This document shows, piece by piece, positions 57,447 through 64,000 of a DNA stretch of 64,000 nucleotides (its first letter is position 1; every line of letters begins with the position of its first letter). Origin of the DNA: Tubiluchus corallicola (Eukaryota > Animalia > Priapulida); the NCBI GenBank assembly GCA_030141605.1, contig JAQGDQ010000119.1, positions 243,005 through 307,004 on the forward strand, written 5' to 3'. The translations under genes and the position numbers were made by a program. The notes beneath the pieces were generated by a model that worked only from the letters and a program-made list of their open reading frames with translations, ran no database searches and was not told the origin of the DNA.

Positions 57447-57570
57447 GAATAAGTTGCGTGAGTAAAGTCCGCGTTTCACAACCGTTGACTTCAGAAGGCG
57501 AGCTGGGTCAAGTGCTTCAGATACCCACAACTAGAGGGTGCCGCTCACCCAGGATCGCACAATTACCCAG
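57447..57570 (+). other. Candidate spliced exon (UTR or coding) of an unidentified + strand gene
   Basis: Pyrimidine-rich acceptor TTTTTATTCGTTTCAG|, a GC-richer 124-nt body, and donor CAG|GTAAAG. One open frame (ISCVSKVRVSQPLTSEGELGQV...) with no recognised homology. Confidence 0.35.
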
Positions 57571-57746
57571 GTAAAGTGCAACGTATAGTTCTACAATTCT
57601 ACAATTCTACGACACAATTCTACCATCAAATTCAGAACATTTCTTTTAGCTGAAACAAACTTGAACTGAAAATTGAATTGAATTAACGTTACCACATCGT
57701 GGAGTCGAGCCCACGACCTCACGCTAAATGTAGTTGGTTTCAGCAG

Positions 57747-58390
57747 TTTATCACGCCAACTGTAGTTGGAACATGGGTATTTAGTTTGTTTGTCTGCTTA
57801 TGGGTGCGTGAGTGAGTGCGTGCGTATGCGTGATTGTGTTCGTGTGCGTGCGCGTGTGTGTGTGTCTGTGTGTCTGCTCACACAATAAAATCAAAAGCTA
57901 TGAAGCTATTATCACCAAACTTGGAATAGCTGGATAAGAGCGGGAAACTATTGATTTTGAGTTTAAAAGGTCAAAGGTTAACTTTACCAAATGAAAAAAT
58001 TCCTGTAAAATTATTAATAAAATAACCAAACTTGGCACAGGGATACCACAAATGTGGAAACCGGCTACTTTTAAGTTCAAAAAGTCAAAAATCAAAAAAT
58101 GTCCGAATTTTTTTCAACTCTTGTTATTATTGCATATTTTAATTAGTAGGTCAATTATTTTGCCTTAATTAGCCATTTTAGCTTTGAAAAAAAAACACGT
58201 AGCCTATATAAATCCGTTTGCATGAAAATAATGTGATATTTATTGTATTGAATAAGAATGCGAAACGAATCTAACATAGTTTATTCACATAACGTATTAA
58301 AGTTCTAAATGATTTTTTATTCTTATTCATATTGGACTGAATTCGACCCAGGGGGTCGAACTCCAAGATGGCATGGCGGTCCTGATATTT
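57747..58390 (+). mobile_element. Helentron-associated (HINE/Pearl-like) non-autonomous element
   Basis: 5' hairpin CCAACT-GT-AGTTGG, a GTTT/GTGC microsatellite, two ~113-bp cores containing ACCAAACTTGG...GTCAAA, and a 3' hairpin TTCGACCC/GGGTCGAA (58342-58360). Confidence 0.55.
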
Positions 58391-58493
58391 CGCATCATGA
58401 AGATCCATTTATAATCGTTGTGCAACCAATAATTAATTACAAATGTTAATGTTAATTAGCTAAATTAATGTCTACAAATTATTACCTTACACC

Positions 58494-58834
58494 TGTTATA
58501 GCGTGTCATCCAACTCTCATAAAGCAAAATACACAAAACTACACAGTACGGAGTTTATTAACAGCACTAATAAAAATAAGTAACAAAAATACACGTGCAC
58601 AAAAAAATAACTAACTCTACACTAGTAACAGCACTACACCTGCGTCAGAAATCCCCGGCTGTAGTGACCTCTACGCGCTTTTATACTGGCATTCCAGGTC
58701 AGCTGGCTTCTCACACCACGTGTAGGCCTAAACAAGACGTCTGGACCTACAAGAAAGGGGTGAGTCGCTGCTGACGTGGAAGCAGGGCGTGTAGAGGGCC
58801 CTACAACTGACCCGACACAGGTGCCTCCGTAACA
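58494..58834 (-). mobile_element. Probable solo LTR, 341 bp
   Basis: TGTTA...TAACA termini. On the minus strand TATAAAA (58679-58685) precedes AATAAA (58554-58559). No matching TSD seen. Confidence 0.5.
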
Positions 58835-59599
58835 ATATGTTTAAAGAATATTAGCAGTTAAGAAAAAAATTGTGTTGAAGGAATTCACGTATCAAGTTGT
58901 TTAGGATAGTCTATACAATACTTTGGAGCAGCGTGCGTCACGTTGATTTTTATGCATTGTTTGCTTGAAACATCTTTCAACGTTTTATTACGTTTCTTTA
59001 TGCCTTCTCGCTATATGTTCTTCTTCTTCTTCCATGGCTTCATGAAACGTTTTGCACAAATGCATAGTGCTCATATCAAAAACAGCAAGAAAGGCTCGAC
59101 TGCTCTGTGCGCTGTGCAAACAATTTGTGACATTTCTTCCTGTCAGACGTCATTTAAATGAGAATTTGACAAGAAGAGCCAGGTCGACTCCTCTCAAAAC
59201 TGAATAAAGGTTTTTACAGCCCCTACATATTTCAATTTCCTACTAGAAATGACCTTTGAGTGACCTCTGATCTCGGAGTTACACATCCTACTAGGGCGAC
59301 ATATTTAAGAGAAGCACATTGACCTCACATAATCTTTGGCAATGTTGTGTGTGTGCGTGCATGCGTGTTAGCAATTAGTTAACAATTAGCAATTAGTTAA
59401 CAAGCCCTACCTGTTGATTCATTGTTACTGTCCACTTAAATATGGTTTTCTACATACATTTTAAAATGGCTTTCGGTGATTGTTAACCTCCCACAATCGA
59501 ATCACCTCATTATTCTGATGTTTGGTTGATGTACTTCACTCACGCTTTTCACATAAAGGTCTTATTCTTGAATTTTCCTGTCAGCTGTGGAGGATGCTT

Positions 59600-59925
59600 C
59601 ATGAACTTAGCAATGTAATGCAATCCAAACACTACTATGTTTACTCAGCTATTTTAGGATGTTTTGTAAGTTTAACAGGGCAATACAATGCAAAACGCAC
59701 TACGCTGTTTAACAGTTGTCCTAGATGCACTATAAGCTTAGCAGTGCAGTACAATGCAAAGTACATTACATTGTTATCAGCTGCCCTAGTTGCTTAGCAG
59801 TGCTGTACGTTGCAATTCATTGTTTATCAGCTGTTCTAGATGCACTGTAAGCTTAGCAGTGCAGTGCAACGCAAAGCACATTACATTGTTTATTAGCTGA
59901 CCTAGATGCACTGTGAGCTTAGCAG
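59600..59925. repeat. Degenerate ~65-bp tandem repeat, about 5 copies
   Basis: AAGCTTAGCAGTGCAGTACAATGCAAAG...TTGTTTATCAGCTG..CTAGATGCACTGT recurs. Confidence 0.8.
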
Positions 59926-60850
59926 CTATTGTACGTTCATTTCTGCCAAATCATATCCGCCAGCGCGTATTATAATGTACATTGTGAACACTGAACAAAA
60001 TAATAACCTGCCAGCATGGTTGCTAAAAGGTTTTAGTGTAGGAAATGAAAGGTTTTTATATGATATAGCGTGTTCAGCATGGTGTCACGTGATCGCTCAT
60101 CCCCTGGCGATAATCTATATAATAAAAAAGAAGCCAATCTACCGGTGACGTCTTTGTGTAGCATTTGGCGTTATTACAGGCCCCATAAATTTATTATTTC
60201 GGAGAACAGTCAAATTTTATGGCTGCTATTATGCACGAGCACTCGGCAAAACTTGGGAAGAAAAAGAATAAAGTTTTACTTGTGGAATTACTACAAGTCG
60301 TAAATCACTACTGAAAAAATCACCTCGTCTGTAATGAAATAGCAAAACTGCAGGGATAAGTACTATAATAAATTTAAGTTATTGCTCCACTTTTACTGCT
60401 CTCATAAATAAAAGGTGTCATCCGATCAAGGAATAAGAAAATTAATTATTGGCGTAGTATGAAATTGCAACGTGATTATTAAAAATTTTTGTTGCGACAG
60501 TTAGAACAATGTTGTTTACAAAGTTAAGTTTGCACTTAGTTGATATTGCATGAAATGCAGCAGGCTATGCAAATTATTTAGATATATAATATACAATTAA
60601 TATATAATATATTATGTGTTATACGTAATTTTTTGAGGAAGTGATGATTGTAATGCTACTGTTAACCGTAAAATTTTTGATTGCATTAAAAATTACATTA
60701 GGAGTACTGAACGTTTTGATGTGATCTGACCTTAGGATCCATTTTACGTTACTTTGCGGTAGATTTTAAGACAGTTATTGATATTATTCAATTGTTATAT
60801 TATTCATTGTGTCACCGTTGCTAACTTTGCATGTATATGTCTTTGTTTAT

Positions 60851-60955
60851 ATGTGTATGTATGTATGTATGTATGTATGTATGTATGTATGTATGTATGT
60901 ATGTATGTATGTATGTATGTATGTATGTATGTATGTATGTATGTATGTATGTATG

Positions 60956-60994
<39 letters not shown>

Positions 60995-61083
60995 ATGTAT
61001 GTATGTATGTATGTATGTATGTATGTATGTATGTATGTATGTATGTATGTATGTATGTATGTATGTATTTATGTATGTATGTA
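60851..61083. repeat. (TATG)n/(TG)n microsatellite
   Basis: Directly visible. Confidence 0.97.
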
Positions 61084-61339
61084 TATTATGTCTATTTGAA
61101 TTTGTTTGTGTTTATATTACTTTATCTTTCCCGCACTTCTTATTGTAGTTATATTTGCTTGGTGGAAGATTCATGTATCTGTTTTAAAAACCATCTAATT
61201 TAATCATAATAACCTTTTTAAAACTATACCGATACATACTACACGCCTATAGACGTAAATGCACTTTGTCTAAATAGCCAGATTCAGTGGACTGTAAAGT
61301 ACTCTTGCTCTCAGCGGGCTTTAAACGCTTGTGTATTCT

Positions 61340-61590
61340 GGGTTCACGGCCAAGCGGATAGGCGAGCGCGTTTTATTCCGAGTGGCGTGTGACCACCTAG
61401 TTCGATACTCGCTCCGGGTGGCATCATTCTTAAAGCTTGACTGTAAACCTGGCAAAGGGAGGATGTATCCGAACGTGGTTGTGCCACTTCTGTTGGTTCA
61501 GTGACTCATCTTCATGCATATGCTGATAACGAACCTGGCTCCGTCTCTCCACGAACATCTCATTTAGTGTAATCCCTGCCTTTAAACGTT
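61340..61590 (+). mobile_element. tRNA-derived SINE-like element
   Basis: A-box-like CGGCCAAGCGG and B-box GTTCGATAC at the start of a GC-richer ~250-bp block. Confidence 0.5.
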
Positions 61591-62802
61591 AAATTATTGA
61601 TTTTAGTTGTAAAGAGTTAAAAATCACGAGCACCAAATTTTAAATGGTCCTATTTGAATGAACAAATAGGCCTAAATAAATAATTAAACAAATGAATAAA
61701 AAAATATCAAATAAAATTTTGAAAATTCCCCAATCTGCAGCATTTAGTTAGTCTGCTCTGTGATGCATTTATACAGGATACATGATCTTGATGATTGACT
61801 ACTAAATAATACTAAAACACAGAGAGATGCGAGCATGAACCAAAAGCGCTATTTTTGCCTACAAAAACCGAAGTTTACAGCTTATGCCTACAAACCATCA
61901 ACAGCCATCATTATAGTCAGTTAAGTTTTATTTCCTTACTAATAACGTGATGCGACAAACGAGACAGCTGCCTTCTTTTGAACATTAGTTGAATTATTTA
62001 ATGATAACTCATTTGGGTTCATTTTAACCACGTCACTAATTGATTGATTTCGCCTTTAAAAGCAAACATTGGAGGTCTAGCCGACGCGGGCGTCATTAAT
62101 AATTGTTTGTACTTATTACCCGCGCATAACAGTTTAAATTGCAACTTATTAATTTTTCAGACATCAATTACGAGTCATGTATATTTGATTAACTAATAGC
62201 TGCGGGGCAGTGGTTAAAATACTTCGTAATAAAAGAGGCTTAAACTCGTTGTTCTAATAAAATGTAGCTACTAGAAAACTGTTTGCGTTGCATTTCAGTT
62301 TCAGCAAAGATGTAATTACTTGCAGTTAAATCAGCCTTTTATTTGCGGCTTATTTATGATGTTATTAAAAAATATAATTCAGTTTTTTTATTCCACTGTC
62401 ATTATACACGACCGACAAACTAATACGTTCCAGTAAAATTTAAAAGTTTTTTCGAGATAGTTGCATTTAAGAATATGAAAGATTGTAAAATTACTTATTA
62501 CTTAGACGTAGCTACGTAAATTTTTATATTTTAGTACAAATCAAACAGTGCACAGGCCTACTGATTTCTTCGGTTACTAACTTTCTTACACTGACGATTA
62601 ACACTTGAACGGCATAATAAAATGCCGTTTTCTTGCAGATCTTTCCATTCTGACAGAAAAAAGAACTCTTTTCTTTTTTTTCTACAATTTCTACTTGTTT
62701 TTGCCTTTCACTTAACCTATCCACTACCCACAAAAACCGGCAAACGAGGAGCTTTATTACAAAGAAATCAACGGTATAACGTGTTTCAATATCACAGAAC
62801 AT

Positions 62803-63180
62803 GATCCATAATAAAGTCACCAAAAAGTCACAGGAAAAGTCACAATTAATTTATAGTTTCCGGAAAACAATCACAATTTTAGCTAGAAAAGAAAGTCAGT
62901 TAATAGGTCAAAAATATTCAAGTCTGTCACAGTTTATTTAAGTATCATAGACAATTTAAGCGATAAAATATTTTAAATTAATTGACAAAACATGACTTGT
63001 ACATATTGACAACACTATTTGTAATGGCGTTACACGCATGTGAAAATATCACGTTTTGTTCAATATTTTAAGGTTGGGGTTAGTGGTTTGGGTTAGGGTT
63101 AGTTAGGGTTATTCCTTTTTTGTGACCTTTTCCTGACTTTTTTCATGTGACTTTTTACCTTGTGACTTTATTATCTGGGT
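62803..63180. mobile_element. Foldback MITE with AAAAGTCAC-subrepeat TIRs and internal TTAGGG-like repeats
   Basis: Left ATAATAAAGTCACCAAAAAGTCACAGGAAAAGTCACAA is inverted relative to right TTGTGACCTTTTCCTGACTTTTTTCATGTGACTTTTTACCTTGTGACTTTATTAT. GGGTTAGGGTTAGTTAGGGTT at ~63090-63110. Confidence 0.7.
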
Positions 63181-63416
63181 TCGAGAAAGCTCGCTCTACA
63201 ACCCACTTCAATTCATTGAGCTTAGTGGATGAAAAAACCTGGACGTAGCAATTAGAAATTGTTCAAGTCATTCTAACCGGAAATTACGAGTTAACCCGCT
63301 GCTTCTTGACACTTCGGCTTCCGGTAAATGAAATGGAGTTTAACAAAATTAATCTTTTCTTATCAGTGAGCCGCGCGGATATAAAAGAACCAATACGCTG
63401 ATTTCTTACTCATAGT

Positions 63417-63479
<63 letters not shown>

Positions 63480-63486
63480 ATTATTA

Positions 63487-63550
<64 letters not shown>
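63417..63550. repeat. (TTG)n-(TTA)n microsatellite
   Basis: Directly visible. Confidence 0.95.
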
Positions 63551-64000
63551 GCGATATTTTATTGTCTATGTTAGACATTCACTTTTAATTTATGTTAACT
63601 CGCAAACGCAGACAGTGAAGAACGCGAAATTTTCAGGGCAGCCGCCTGGTTATAGCTCAGATAATATTTGATTATTATTATTATTATTATTATTATAATT
63701 CTAGTTTATTCAGAAAATACTACATAGTATAATGCACAACCCAGAAAGCCCTTTATGTGTAGGACAAGTCATGAAGTTTACATAAATGTTAGGAAACCAA
63801 GCTTATTTACACATCACAAAATACATACATGTTGCAATACACAAAGGTTACTATTACAATTACAATTTCAAGCACTAATTACATTTGACTAGATTTTGGT
63901 TTTTGCAGGTATAACAAGTGAACTTGGTCTTATTTCCAGATTACAATTACAATTGGTATAACTTTCAAATAGTTACTATTACAACGATAATAAGTAGACA

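Noticed and set aside
61340-61430. Possible tRNA gene (also 18430-18520, ~43568, ~57700)
   Set aside because: A/B-box-like motifs only. I could not fold a cloverleaf, so they are treated as SINE heads.

Overview
AT-rich animal (probably invertebrate; inference) genomic DNA with spliceosomal introns, many microsatellites and transposon relics. Main contents: (1) 1-6723, two head-to-head copies of one CR1-group LINE. The left copy has an intact APE/RT ORF2 with a hydrophobic N-terminus ending in a 2A-like GIESNPGP motif, plus part of an SGNH-esterase ORF1. The right copy is a degenerate 3' half, joined through a 15-nt microhomology. (2) 10905-40645, a minus-strand tandem array of four complete six-exon mARC (MOSC-domain molybdoenzyme) genes plus a decayed duplicate of exons 4-6. 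Two paralogs have both lost the active-site Arg and Asp while keeping the Mo-ligand Cys. (3) Most notable: a spliced, divergent barrier-to-autointegration factor (BAF/BANF)-like gene nested on the + strand in intron 4 of one mARC paralog (21304-22412, possibly further). It keeps the DNA-binding HhH motif and the BANF1 intron position, has altered dimer and LEM-binding residues, and carries a C-terminal hydrophobic GxxxG segment, so it may be a membrane-anchored BAF. (4) 43-64 kb is mostly repeats, with weak signs of a + strand promoter and exon. All gene models and alignments were made by eye. Human residue numbers are from memory and should be confirmed by alignment.
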